A stretch of DNA of 64,000 bases from Anas platyrhynchos. Lineage: Eukaryota. The notes beneath the pieces are model-generated. The model saw only the letters and a program-made list of their open reading frames with translations, had not been told where the DNA came from and ran no database searches. The position numbers and the translations under genes were made by a program. Positions 41,990 through 54,700 of this stretch are shown piece by piece. The stretch's first letter is position 1, and the number at the start of each line of letters is the position of its first letter. Location: assembly GCF_047663525.1 (NCBI RefSeq), contig NC_092617.1, positions 5,511,550 to 5,575,549 of the forward strand, given 5' to 3'.

Positions 41990-43215
41990 CCCACTGGCCA
42001 CCGGGGTTGACCTGGTGGCCACCGAGGGCGGGGGGGCCAGCAAAGTGCTCCCGGTGGCCACCCAGGGCGGGGTGGCCACTGAGGTCCTCGGGGTGGCCAC
42101 CAAGGTTGGAATGGCCACCAAGATCCTTGTGGTGGCCACCGAGGTTGGAGTGGCCACCAAGAGCCTCATGGTGGCCACCAAGGTCAGAGTGGCCACTGAG
42201 GTCGGAATGGCCACCAAGATCCTCGTGATGGCCACCAAGATCCTCGTGGTGGCCACCAAGGTCAGAGTGGCCACCAAGAGCCTCATGGTGGCCACCAAGG
42301 TTGGAATGGCCACCAAGGTCGTCATGGTGGCCACCCAGGTCGGAGTGGCCACCGAGGTCCTCAGGGTGGCCACCAAAGTGCTCCTGGTGGCCACCGAGGT
42401 CGGAGTGGCCACCAAGGTCCTTGGGGTGGCCACCTAGAGCCTTGTGGTGGCCACCAAGCTCAGAGTGGCCACCAAGGTCGAAATGGCCACCAAAGTCCTC
42501 CTGGTGGCCACCAAGGTCAGAATGGCCACCAAGGTTGTCGTGGTGGCCACCAAGAGCCTGGTGGTGGCCACTGAGGTGAGAGTGGCCACCGAGGTCAGAA
42601 TGGCCACCGAGGTCAGAATGGCCACCAAGGTCCTTGTGGTGGCCACCAAGGTCAGAGTGGCCACCAAGAGCCTCATGGTGGCCACCAAGGTCAGAATGGC
42701 CACCAAGATCCTTGTGGTGGCCACCAAAGTGCTCCTGGTGGCCACTGAGGGTGGAGTGGCCACTAAAGTCCTCATGGTGGCCACCAAGGTCGGAATGGCC
42801 ACTGAGGTCGTGGTGGCCACCAAGGTCTTTGTAGTGGCCATCAAGGTTGGAATGGCCACCGAGGTTGTCGTGGTGGCCACCAAGAGCCTGGTGGTGGCCA
42901 CTGAGGTCAGAGTGGCCACTAGGGTCGTCGTGGTGGCCACCAAGGTCAGAGTGGCCACCAAGATCCTCGTGGTGGCCACCAAGGTCAGAGTGGCCACCAA
43001 GATCCTCGTGGTGGCCACCGAGGTCAGAGTGGCCACCAAGGTCTTCTTGGTGGCCACCATGTCCTTGTGGCCACCGAGGTCTTCATGGTGGCCACCAAGA
43101 TCCTAATGGTGGCCACCAAGTTCCCAATGGTGTCCCCCAAGATCCCAGTGGTGGCCACCAAGTTCCCGGTGGTGGCCACCAAGTTCCCGGTGGTGGCCAC
43201 CAAGTTGCCCGTGTC
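41990..43215. repeat. 21-bp minisatellite (ATG)GTGGCCACCAAGGTCAGAGT with a perfect 10-bp palindrome GGTGGCCACC in every unit
   Basis: About 55 units. Because the period is 7 codons, long ORFs are open on both strands (162-220 aa). Intronic in TEP1. Confidence 0.9.
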
Positions 43216-43222
43216 CCCTCAG

Positions 43223-43345
43223 AGCCTGGCCCCGGACCCCATGGCGCTGGCCCCGTTGCCGCGGGCCCTTCGGGACGCTCTGGCCGCCGCCTTCGCCTCC
43301 TTCGACCTCCACCAACTGGGCAAGTACCGGGGCCGGCCCGGCAAG
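43223..43345 (+). CDS. TEP1: TEP1 exon
   Basis: Acceptor gtcccctcag|AGC. SLAPDPMALAPLPRALRDALAAAFASFDLHQLGKYRGRPGK, versus recalled human SLAEGDKNKLVPLPACLRTAMTDKFAQFDEYQLAKYNPRKH. Donor AAG|GTGAGC. 123 nt. Confidence 0.75.
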
Positions 43346-43349
43346 GTGA

Positions 43350-44730
43350 GCGCCCCCCGGCCCTATAACGGCCCTATTAGCCCCGTTACGGCCCTATTAG
43401 CCCCTTTATGGCCCTATTAGCCCATTTATGGCCCTATTAGCCCCTTTATGGCCGTATTGGCCCCTTTATGGCCCTATTAGCCCATTTATGGCCGTATTAG
43501 CCCCTTTTGGCCCTATTGGCCCTATTATGGCCCTATTAGCCCCTTTATGGCCCTATTAGCCCATTTATGGCCCCATTGGCCCTATTATGGCCCTATTTGC
43601 CCTATTACGGCCCTATTAGCCCCTTTATGGCCCTATTAGCCCATTTATGGCCCTATTAGCCCCTTTACGGCCCTACTAGCCCATTTATGGCCCTATTGGC
43701 CCTATTACGGTCCTATTGGCCCTATTACGGCCCTATTAGCCCCTTTTGGCCCCATTGGCCCTATTATGGCCCTATTAGCCCCTTTTTGGCCCCATTGGCC
43801 CTATTACGGCCCTATTAGCCCTATTACGGCCCTATTGGCCCTATTATCGCCCTATTGGCCCCTTTATGGCCCTATTGGCCCTATTATGGCCCTATTGGCC
43901 CTATTACGGTCCTATTTGCCCTATTACGGCCCTATTAGCCCCTTTTGGCCCTATTGGCCCTATTACGGCCCTATTGGCCCTATTATGGCCCTATTAGCCC
44001 CTTTTTGGCCCCATTGGCCCTATTATGGCCCTATTAGCCCCTTCTTGGCCCTATTTGCCCTATTATGGCCCTATTGGCCCTATTATGGCCCTATTAGCCC
44101 ATTTATGACCCTATTAGCCCCTTTATGGCCCTATTAGCCCCTTTTTGGCCCTTTATGGCCCTATTGGCCCTATTATGGCCCTATTAGCCCCTTTATGGAC
44201 CCATTGGCCCTTTATGGCCCTATTGGCCCTATTACGGCCCTATTAGCCCCTTTATGACCCCATTGGCCCTATTACGGCCCTATTGGCCCTATTATGGCCC
44301 TATTTGCCCTATTATGGCCCTATTTGCCCTATTATGGCCCTATTTGCCCCATTACGGCCCTATTAGCCCCTTTATGGCCCTATTGGCCCTTTATGGCCCT
44401 ATTAGCCCCTTTATGGCCCTATTGGCCCCGTTACGGCCCTATTAGCCCCTTCTCGGCCCTATTAGCCCCATTTTGACCCCATTTGCCCTATTATGGCCCT
44501 ATTTGCCCTATTACGGCCCTATTAGCCCCTTTATGGCCCTATTAGCCCCTTTATGGCCCTATTAGCCCCTTCTTGGCCCTATTAGCCCATTTATGGCCCC
44601 ATTGGCCCTATTACCGCCCTATTAGCCCTTTCTTGACCCTATTTTCCCCTTTTGACCCTATTTTCCCCTTTTTGTCCCCATTTTCCCCTTTTTGTCCCCA
44701 TTTCCCCCTTTTTCACCCCATTTGTGACCC
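43350..44730. repeat. ~21-bp minisatellite GGCCCTATTAGCCCCTTTATG
   Basis: Direct reiteration. Repeat-translation ORFs of the MALLAPFWPHWPYYGPISP type. Confidence 0.9.
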
Positions 44731-44735
44731 CACAG

Positions 44736-44828
44736 CGCCCCCGGGGACGGGGCCGGAGCCGACCCCAAACCCAATCCCAATCCCAAACCCAGCGGCCCCG
44801 GAGACCCCGGCGGGGGACGGCGGAGAAG
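44736..44828 (+). CDS. TEP1: TEP1 exon encoding a basic low-complexity linker
   Basis: Acceptor cccacag|CGC. RPRGRGRSRPQTQSQSQTQRPRRPRRGTAEK, versus recalled human RKHRAKRHPRRPPRSP. Donor AAG|GTGAGG. 93 nt, keeps phase 0. The coding sequence contains a satellite-like run ccccaaacccaatcccaatcccaaaccc. Confidence 0.55.
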
Positions 44829-44829
44829 G

Positions 44830-46780
44830 TGAGGGGACAGCGGGGTCAGCGGGGTCCTTTTGGGGTCAGCGGGGTCCTTTTGGGGTCGTTGGGGACATTT
44901 TGGGGTCGTTGGGGACATTTTGGGGTCGTTGGGGATATTTGGGGTCATCGGGGTCCCTTTAGGGTCATTGCGGACATTTGGGGTTATTGGGGTCCCTTTG
45001 GGGTCGTTGGGTCCTTTTGGGGTCATTGGGGTCCTTTTGGGGTCGTTGGGGACATTTGGGGTTATTGGGGTCCCTTTGGGGTTATTGGGGTCCCTTTGGG
45101 GTTATCGGGGTCCCTTTGGGGTTATTGGGGTCCCTTTGGGGTCATTGGGGTCCCTTTGGGGTCGTTGGGGACATTTGGGGTCGTTGGGGACACTTGGGGT
45201 CATCGGGGTCCCTTTGGGGTCACTGGGGTCCTTTTGGGGTCGTTGGGGACATTTGGGGTAATTGGGGTCCCTTTGGGGTTATCGGGGTCCCTTTGGGGTT
45301 ATTGGGGTCCCTTTGAGGTTATTGGGGTCACTTTGGGGTAATTGGGGACCTTTTGGGGTCATTGGGGTCCCTTTGGGGTTATCGGGGTCCCTTTGGGGTT
45401 ATTGGGGTCCCTGTGGGGTCATTGGGGGACATTTGGGGTCGTTGGGAACATTTGGGGTCGTTGGGGACCTTTTGGGGTTATTGGGGTCCTTTTGGGGTCA
45501 GCGGGGTCCTTTTGGGGTCAGTGGGGACATTTGGGGTCACTGGGGTCCTTTTGGGGTCATTGGGGTCCTTTTGGGGTCGTTGGGGACATTTGGGGTCAGC
45601 GGGGTCCTTTTGGGGTCATTGGGGTCTCTTTGGGGTCATCGGGGTCCCTTTGGGGTCGTTGGGGACATTTGGGGTCGTTGGGGACCTTTTGGGGTTATTG
45701 GGGTCCTTTTGGGGTCGTTGGGGACATTTGGGGTCGTTGGGGATATTTGGGGTCATCGGGGTCCCTGTGGGTTCATTGGGGGACATTTGGGGTCATTGGG
45801 GTCCCTTTGGGGTCATTGGGGTCCCTTTGGGGTCACTGGGGTCCTTTTGGGGTCGTTGGGGACATTTGGGGTTATTGGGGTCCTTTTGGGGTCAGCAGGG
45901 TCCTTTTGGGGTCATTGGGGACATTTTGGGGTCGTTGGGGACATTTGGGGTCAGCAGGGTCCTTTTGGGGTCATTGGGGTCCCTTTGGGGTGAATGGGGT
46001 CCCTTTAGGGTCATTGGGGTCCCGTTGGGGTCATCGGGGTCCCTTTGGGGTCATTGGGGTCCCTTTGGGGTCGTTGGGGACATTTGGGGTCGTTGGGGAC
46101 ATTTGGGGTCATCGGGGTCCCTTTGGGGTCATTGGGGACCTTTTGGGGTCATTGGGGTCCCTTTGGGGTTATTGGGGTCCCTGTGGGGTCATTGGGGTCT
46201 CTTTGGGGTCGTTGAGTCCCTTGGGGTCATTGGGGTCCCTGTGGGGTCATTGGGGACATTTGGGGTTATTGGGGTCCCTTTGGGGTTATTGGGGTCCTTT
46301 TGGGGTCATTGGGGTCCCTTTGGGGTCAGTGGGGTCCTTTTGGGGTTGTTGGGGTCCTTTTGGGGTCATCGGGGTCCCTTTGGGGTCCCGTGACCCTTTT
46401 GGGGTCCTTTTGGGGTCCCGTGACCCTTTTGGGGTCACCTCATCCCTTTTGGGATCCCCTGGGTCCTTTTGGGTTCCTAGGGTCTGTTTTGGGATTCTGG
46501 GGTCCCTTTGGGTTCCTGGGGTCTCTTTTGGGGTTCCAGGACCCTTTTGGGGTCCCGGTGCCCCTTTGGGGTCCCGTGACCTTTTTGGGGTCCCTTTTAG
46601 GGTCTTGGTCTCCTTTTGGGTTCTTGGGGTCCCTTTTGGGGTCATGTGTCCCTTTTGGGATTCCATGGTCCCTTTGGGGTTATTGGGGTCCTTTTGGGGT
46701 TCCAGGACCCTTTTGGGGTCCCGGTGCCCCTTTGGGGTCCCGTGACCCTTTTGGGGTCCCTTTTGGGGTCCCGTGTCCCC
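44830..46780. repeat. ~21-bp G-rich minisatellite GGGGTCATTGGGGTCCCTTTG
   Basis: Direct reiteration. 467-aa and 346-aa repeat-translation ORFs. Confidence 0.9.
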
Positions 46781-46784
46781 GCAG

Positions 46785-46882
46785 CCCCCCCTGCCCCCGT
46801 CCCTCTTCTCGCTGCGCTCGCTGGTTCGGCGCCTGCACATCCGGGAGCCCGCCCAGCACGTGGCGGCGCTGCTGGGCCGCAG
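46785..46882 (+). CDS. TEP1: TEP1 exon
   Basis: Acceptor ccgtgtccccgcag|CCC. PPLPPSLFSLRSLVRRLHIREPAQHVAALLGR(R), versus recalled human PPRFTLKKLVQRLHIHKPAQHVQALLGYR. Donor AG|GTGGGA. Confidence 0.72.
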
Positions 46883-46884
46883 GT

Positions 46885-49075
46885 GGGATTTTTGGGGTCA
46901 TTTCGGGGCTTTTTGGGTCTTTGGGGTCTTGGGGGTCTTGGGGGGCATTGGGGCTGTTGGGGTGTTTGGGGACATTTGGGGGATTTGGGGTCTTTTGGGG
47001 TCTTTGGGGGTTTTAGGGGATTTTTGGGTCTTTGGGCTCTTTTGGGGTTTTAGTTTTTTTTGGGGTCTTTGGGGTCTTTATGGTCTTTTGGGGTTTTTAG
47101 GGTTTTGGGGGTATTTTGGGGTCTTTTGGGGTCTTTTGGGGTCTTTGGGGTCTTGGGGGTCATGGGGGTCTTGGGGGGCATTGGGGCTGTTGGGGTGTTT
47201 GGGAAGATTTGGGGGCTTTGGGGTCTTTTGGGGTTTTGGAGGTCTTTTGGGGTCTTTATGTTCTTTTGGGGTTTTTAGGTTTTTGGGGTCTTTTGGGGTC
47301 TTTAGGATTTTGGGGGTATTTGGGGTCTTTTGGGGTTGTTGGGGTCTTTGGGGTCTTTGGGGTCATGGGGGTCTTGGGGGGCATTGGGGCTGTTGGGGTG
47401 TTTGGGGACATTTGGGGGCTTTGGGATCTTTTGGTGGTTTTGGGGTCTTTTGGGGTTTTGGGGTCTTTTGGGGTCTTTGGGGTCTTTAGGGTCTTTTGGG
47501 GTTTTTAGGGTTTTTGGGGTCTTTGGGGTCCTGGGGGTCTTGTTGGGCATTGGGGGCATTGGGGTGTTTGGGGACATTTGGGGGCTTTGGGGTCTTTTGG
47601 GGTCTTTTGGAGTCTTTTGGGGTTTTGGGGGGTTTTGGGGTCTTTGGGGTCTTTAGGGTCTTTCGGGGTTTTTAGGGTTTTGGGGGTATTTGGGGGTTTT
47701 TTGGGGTTTTTAGGGTCTTTGGGGTCTTGGGGGTCTTGGGGTCTTTTGGGGTCTTTTGGGGTCTTTAGGATTTGGGGGGTTTTGGGGTCTTTTGGGGTCT
47801 TTGGGGTCTTTTGGGGTCTTTGCAGTTTTGGGGCGTTTTGGGGTCTTTGGGGGCGTTGGAATTGTTGGGGACATTTGGGGTCTTTGGGGTCGTTTGGGGT
47901 CCTTAGGATTTTTGGGGTCTTTGGGGTCTTTTGGAGTTTTTTGGGGTCTTTTGGGGTCTTTAAGATTTGGGGGGTTTTGGGGTCTTTTGGGGTCTTTGGG
48001 GTCTTTTGGGGTTTTTAGGTTTTTGGGGTCTTTTGGGGTCTTTAGGATTTTGGGGGTATTTGGGGTCTTTTGGGGTCTTTGGGGTCTTTTGGGGTGTTGG
48101 AGGGTATCAGAGAGTTTGGGGTGTTTTGGAACATTTGGGGAGTTTGGGGTCGTTTGGTGTTTTTGGGGTCATTTCGGGGGTTTTTGGGGTCTTGGGGGTC
48201 ATGGGGGTCTTGGGGGGCATTGGGGCTCTTGGGGTGTTTGGGAAGATTTGGGGGCTTTGGGGTCTTTTGGGGTCCTTTGGTTTTTTTTGGAGTTTTAGGG
48301 GGGTTTACAGTTTTTGGGGTCTTTTGGGGTCTTTTGGGGTCTTTTGGGGTTTTTAGGTTTTTGGGGTCTTTTGGGGTCTTTAGGATTTGGGGGGTTTTGG
48401 GGTCTTTTGGGGTCTTTGGGGTCTTTTGGGGTCTTTGCAGTTTTGGGGCATTTTGGGGTCTTTGGGGGCGTTGGAATTGTTGGGGACATTTGGGGTCTTT
48501 GGGGTCTTTTGGGGTCCTTAGGATTTTTGGGGTCTTTGGGGTCTTTTGGGGTCTTTGGGATTTTAGGGGTCTTTGGGATTTTGTCTTTTTTGGGTGGTCT
48601 TTTGGGGGGTATTTGGGGTCTTTTGGGGTATTTGGGATCATTTGGGGTTTTGGGGGCTTTTTGGGATTTTGTCTTTTTGGGGGATCTTTTGGGGGGTGTT
48701 TGGGGTCTTTTGGGGTCTTTTGGGGTCATTTGGGGGTCTTTTGGGGCTTTTGGGGTCTTTTGGGGTCTTTTGGGGCTTTTGGGGTCTTTTGGGATCTTTA
48801 GGGTCTTTTGGGGTATTTGGGATCATTTGGGGTTTTTGGGACTTTTTGGGATTTTGTCTTTTTGGGTGGTCTTTTGGGGGTATTTGGGGTCTTTTGGGGC
48901 TTTTGGGGCTCTTTGGGGTCTTTTGGGGTCTTTTGGGGCTTTTGGGGTCTTTTGGGATCTTTGGGATCATTTGGGATTTTTGGGACTTTTTGGGATTTTG
49001 TCTTTTCGGGGCCTCTTTTTGGGGTTATTTGGGTTCTTTTGGGGACATTTCAGGATCTTTGGGATTTTTGGGGTG
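46885..49075. repeat. ~9-10 bp G/T satellite GGGGTCTTTT / GGGGTCTTGG with longer-range periodicity
   Basis: Direct reiteration. G/F/W-rich repeat ORFs. Confidence 0.9.
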
Positions 49076-49107
49076 GGGGCTGACCCCTCGGTGACCTTTG
49101 ACCCCAG

Positions 49108-49232
49108 GCCCCCCGGCTGTGACCCCTCGAGGCCCCGCCCCCGCCTGGCCCCGCCCCTGACCTGGGAGCGGGCCCTGAGCGCCGGGGGCAGGGGGCGCGT
49201 CCCCCGCGGGGCCACCTGGGAGCGGCTGATTG
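49108..49232 (+). CDS. TEP1: TEP1 exon
   Basis: Acceptor tttgaccccag|G. (R)PPGCDPSRPRPRLAPPLTWERALSAGGRGRVPRGATWERLI(G), versus recalled human …SRPETWERELSLRGNKASVWEELIENG. Donor G|GTCAGT. Confidence 0.68.
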
Positions 49233-49249
49233 GTCAGTGCCGACCTCTG

Positions 49250-51495
49250 ACCCCTGACCCCTGACCCCTGACCCCTGACCCTATTGACCCCATTGACCCC
49301 ATTGACCCCATTGACCCTATTGATCCTATTGATCCTATTGATCCTATTAACCCTATTGACCCTATTGACCCCATTGACCCCAATGACCCCATTGACCTCC
49401 CTTGACCCCATTGACCCCATTGACCCCGGTGACCCCATTGACCCCAATGACCCCATTGACCTCATTGACCCCATTGACCCCATTGACCCTATTAATCCCC
49501 TTTGACCCCATTGACCCCATTGACCTCATTGACCCCATTGACCTCATTGACCCCATTGACCCCATTGACCCCATTGACCCCATTGACCCCCTTTACCCCA
49601 TTGACCCCATTGACCTCATTGACCCCATTGACCCCATTAACGCCATTGACCCCAATGACCCCATTGACCCTATTGACCCCATTGACCCTATTAACCCTAG
49701 TGACCTCCCTTGACCCCATTGACTTCCCTTGACCCTATTGACCCCATTGACCCCCTTGACCCCCTTGACCCCATTAACCTCCCTTGACCCTATTAATCCC
49801 CTTTGACCCCATTGACCCCATTGACCCCATTGACCCCATTGACCCCATTGACCCCACTGACCCCATGACCCCATTGACCCCGTTGACCCCATTGACCCCA
49901 TTGACCCCATTGACCTCCCTTGACCCCATTGACCCCCTTGACCCCAATGACCCCATTGACCCCATTGACCCCATTGACCCCATTGACCTCCCTTGACCCC
50001 ATTGACCCCATTGACCCCATTGACCTCCCATTGACCTCCCTTGACCCCATTAACCCCACTGACCCCATTGACCCCATTGACCCTATTGACCCCATTAACC
50101 CTATTGACCCTATTGACCCCGTTGACCCCATTAACCCCATTAACCCCATTGACCTCCCTTGACCCCATTATCCCCCTTGACCCCATTGATCCCATTGACC
50201 CCATTGACCCTATTGATCCCATTGACCCTATTGACCCCATTGACCCCATTGACCCCATTGACCCCCTTGACCCCATTGACCCCAATAACCCCATTGACCC
50301 CATTAACCCTCTTGACCCCATTGACCCCATTGACCCCATTATCCCCATTAACCCCATTAACCCCATTGACCCCATTAACCCCATTGACCCCATTGACCCC
50401 ATTGACCCCATTGACCCCATTGACCCCATTAACCCCATTGACCCCATTGACCCCATTAACCCTATTGACCCCAATGACCCCATTGACCCCATTAACCCCC
50501 TTGACCCCATTGACCCCATTGACCCCATTGACCCCATTTCCCCCCTTGACCCCATTGACCCCATTGACCCCATTGACCCCATTGACCCCATTGACCCTAT
50601 TAATCCCCATTAACCCCATTAACCCCATTGACCCCATTGACCCCATTGACCGCATTGACCCTATTGACCCTATTGACCCCATTGACCTCCCTTGACCCCA
50701 TTGACCCTATTGACCCTATTGACCCTAGTGACCTCCTTTGACCCCATTGACTTCCCTTGACCCTATTAATTGCCCTTGACCCCATTGACCCCATTGACCC
50801 CATTGACCCCATTGACCCCATTGACCCCATTGACTTCCCTTGACCCCATTGACCCCATTAACCCCATTGACCCCATTGACCCCATTGACCCTATTAACCC
50901 CATTGACCCCGTTGACCCCATTGACCCCATTAACCCCATTGACCCCATTAACCCCATTGACCCCATTGCCCCCCTTGACCCCGTTGACCCCATTGACCCC
51001 ATTGACCCCATTGACCCTATTAAACTCCCTTGACCCCATTGACCCCATTGACCCCATTGACCCTATTAAACTCCCTTGACCCCATTGACCCCATTGACCC
51101 CATTGACCCTATTAAACTCCCTTGACCCCAATGACCCCATTGACCCCGTTGACCCCATTAACCTCCCTTGACCCTATTAATCTCTCTTGACCCCATTGAC
51201 CCCATTGACCCTATTGACCCTGTTGACCCCATTGATCTCCCTTGACCCCATTGACCTCATTGACCCTATTGACCCCATTGACCCCCTTGACCCCATTTCC
51301 CCCCTTGACCCCACTGACCCCATTGACCCCCCTGACCCCATTGACCCCATTAACCCCATTAACCCCATTTCCCCCCTTGACCCCATTTCCCCCCTTGACC
51401 CCATTTCCCCCCTTGACCCCATTGACCCCATTGACCCCATTGACCCCATTGACCCCATTGACCCCCTTGACCCCCCTGACCCCATTATTGACCCT
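49250..51495. repeat. 9-bp CCCCATTGA satellite, same family and orientation as 38820-41815
   Basis: gaccccattgaccccattaacc reiterated. Antisense Gly-X-Y style ORFs up to 332 aa. Confidence 0.9.
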
Positions 51496-51512
51496 ATAAC
51501 CTTTGACCCCAG

Positions 51513-51622
51513 CCGCGGGGGCGGTCCCGATGCTGGCCCTATTACGCAACCTTCGGGGCATGCTGAGGGCGGGGCTGCGACCCCAAACGCTGCAAAGGAT
51601 TGTGGGACGGCTCCGCGACCCG
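51513..51622 (+). CDS. TEP1: TEP1 exon
   Basis: Acceptor ctttgaccccag|CC. (A)AGAVPMLALLRNLRGMLRAGLRPQTLQRIVGRLRDP, versus recalled human KLPFMAMLRNLCNLLRVGISSRHHELILQRLQH. Donor CCG|GTAGGG. Confidence 0.72.
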
Positions 51623-51711
51623 GTAGGGCCCCGGGGTTATGGGGTCGGGATTATGGGGTCACCCCGGGGCGCTGACCCCGCCCTGACCCTATAATTTTGG
51701 GGTCGGGGCAG

Positions 51712-51793
51712 GAGGCTGTGGGGCGGAGCCGGGTGCCCCCGTCCCAATTCCTGCGGGCGCTGGAGGCGCTTTTGGGGTCGGAGCCTGAGGAGG
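51712..51793 (+). CDS. TEP1: TEP1 exon
   Basis: 89-bp intron, acceptor ggggcag|GAG. EAVGRSRVPPSQFLRALEALLGSEPEE, versus recalled human SVIHSRQFPFRFLNAHDAIDALEAQL. Donor G|GTGAGG. Confidence 0.6.
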
Positions 51794-51799
51794 GTGAGG

Positions 51800-54700
51800 A
51801 GACCCTAAAAACCCCAAAATCCCATAATCCAACCCCAAAATCCCAATCCCATAATCCCATAATCCCATAATCCCATTTCCCAACCCTATAACCCCATAAT
51901 CCCATAATCCAACCCCAAAATCCCAGTCCCAACCCCATAACCCCAAAGTCCCAACCCCATAATCCCATAATCCCAACCCTAAAACCCCATAATCCCATAG
52001 CCCAACCCCATAATCCCAAAACCCAGCCCCATAATCCCATATCTGAACCCTATAACCCCATAATCCCATAATCCAGCCCCATAATCCTATACACCAACCC
52101 CATAATCCCATATCCCAACCCTAAAACCCCATAATCCCATAGCCCAACCCCATAATCCCATATCTGAACCCTATAACCCCAAAATCCCATAATCCAACCC
52201 CAAAATCCCAACCCCATAATCCCATTTCCCGTCCCTATAACCCCAAAATCCCATAATCCAACCCCAAAATCCCAGTCCCAACCCCATAATCCCATATCCC
52301 AACCCTATAACCCCAAAATCCCATAGCCCAACCCCATAATCCCATATCTGAACCCTATAACCCCATAATCCCATAATCCAGCCCCCAAATCCCAACCCCA
52401 TAATCCCAAAACCCAACCCTATAACCCCAAAATCCCATAATCCCAACCCCATAATCCCGTTTCCCAACCCTATAACCCCAAAATCCCATATCCCAACCCC
52501 AAAATCCCAATCCCATAATCCCATAATCCCATTTCCCAACTCTATAACCCCAAAATCCCATAATCCAGCCCCATAATCCCATAATCCCATAATCCCATAA
52601 TCCAACCCCAAAATCCCAACCCTATAATCCCATATCCCAACCCTATAACCCCAAAATCCCATAATCCAACCCCAAAATCCCATAATACCAAACCCATAAT
52701 CCCATAATCCCATAATCCCATAATCCAACCCCAAAATCCCAACCCCATAATCCCATATCCCAACCCTATAACCCCAAAATCCCATATCCCAACCCCAAAA
52801 TCCCAATCCCATAATCCCATTTCCCAACCCTATAACCCCAAAATCCCATAATCCAACCCCAAAATCCCAATCCCATAATCCCATTTCCCGACCCTATAAC
52901 CCCAAAATCCCATAATCCCACCCCAAAATCCCAACCCCATAATCCCATTTCCCGACCCTATAACCCCAAAATCCCATAATCCCACCCCAAAATCCCAACC
53001 CCATAATCCCATTTCCCGGCCCTATAACCCCAAAATCCCATAATCCAACCCCAAAATCCCAACCCCATAATCCCATTTCCCAACCCTATAACCCCAAAAT
53101 CCCATAATCCAACCCCAAAATCCCAATCCCATAATCCTTTTTCCCAACCCTATAACCCCAAAATCCCATAATCCCACCCCAAAATCCCAACCCCATAACC
53201 CCATAATCCCATAATCCCATAATCCCATTTCCCGACCCTATAACCCCAAAATCCCATAATCCCACCCCAAAATCCCAACCCCATAATCCCATTTCCCGAC
53301 CCTATAACCCCAAAATCCCATAATCCCACCCCAAAATCCCAATCCCATAATCCCATAATCCCATTTCCCAGCCCTATAACCCCAAAATCCCATAATCCCA
53401 CCCTAAAATCCCAACCCCATAATCCCATTTCCCAACCCTATAACCCCAAAATCCCATAATCCAACCCCAAAATCCCAATCCCATAATCCCATTTCCCAAC
53501 CCTATAACCCCCAAATCCCATAATCCAACCCCAAAATCCCAACCCCATAATCCCATATCCCAACCCTATAACCCCAAAATCCCATAATCCAACCCCAAAA
53601 TCCCATAATCCCAAACCCATAATCCCATTTCCCGACCCTATAAACCCAAAATCCCATAATCCAACCCCAAAATCCCAATCCCATAATCCCAATTCCCAAC
53701 CCTATAACCCCAAAATCCCATATCCCAACCCCAAAATCCCAATCCCATAATCCCATAATCCCATTTCCCAACCCTATAACCCCAAAATCCCATAATCCCA
53801 CCCCAAAATCCCAACCCCATAATCCCATAACCCAACCCCAAAATCCCAACCCCATAATCCCATTTCCCAACCCTATAACCCCAAAATCCCATAATCCAAC
53901 CCCAAAATCCCAGTCCCAACCGCATAATCCCATATCCCAACCCTAAAACCCCATAATCCCATAGCCCAACCCCATAATCCCATTTTTTATCCTTATAACC
54001 CCATAATCCCATAATCCAGCCCCATAATCCTATACACCAACCCCATAATCCCAAAACCCAACCCTATAACCCCAAAATCCCATAATCCAGACCCATAATC
54101 CCATAGGAGACCCCATAATCCCAAAACCCAGCCCCATAATCCCAAAACCCAGCCCTATAACCTCATAATCCCATAGCTCAACCCCATAATCCCATATCCT
54201 GTCCCTATAACCCCAAAATCCCATAATCCAACCCCAAAATCCCAATCCCATAACCCCATAATCCCATAATCCCATAATCCCATTTCCCAACACTATAACC
54301 CCAAAATCCCATAATCCCACCCCAAAATCCCAACCCCATAATCCCATATCCCAACCCTATAACCCCAAAATCCCATAATCCCACCCCAAAATCCCAGTCC
54401 CATAATCCCATTTCCCGACCCTATAACCCCAAAATCCCATAATCCCACCCCAAAATCCCAACCCCATAATCCCATTTCCCAGCCTTATAACCCCAAAATC
54501 CCATAATCCAACCCCAAAATCCCAACCCCATAATCCCATAACCCAACCCTATAACCCCAAAATCCCATAATCCCACCCCAAAATCCCAACCCCATAATCC
54601 CATATCCCAACCCTATAACCCCAAAATCCCATAATCCCACCCCAAAATCCCAACCCCATAATCCCATATCCCAACCCTATAACCCCAAAATCCCAGAATC

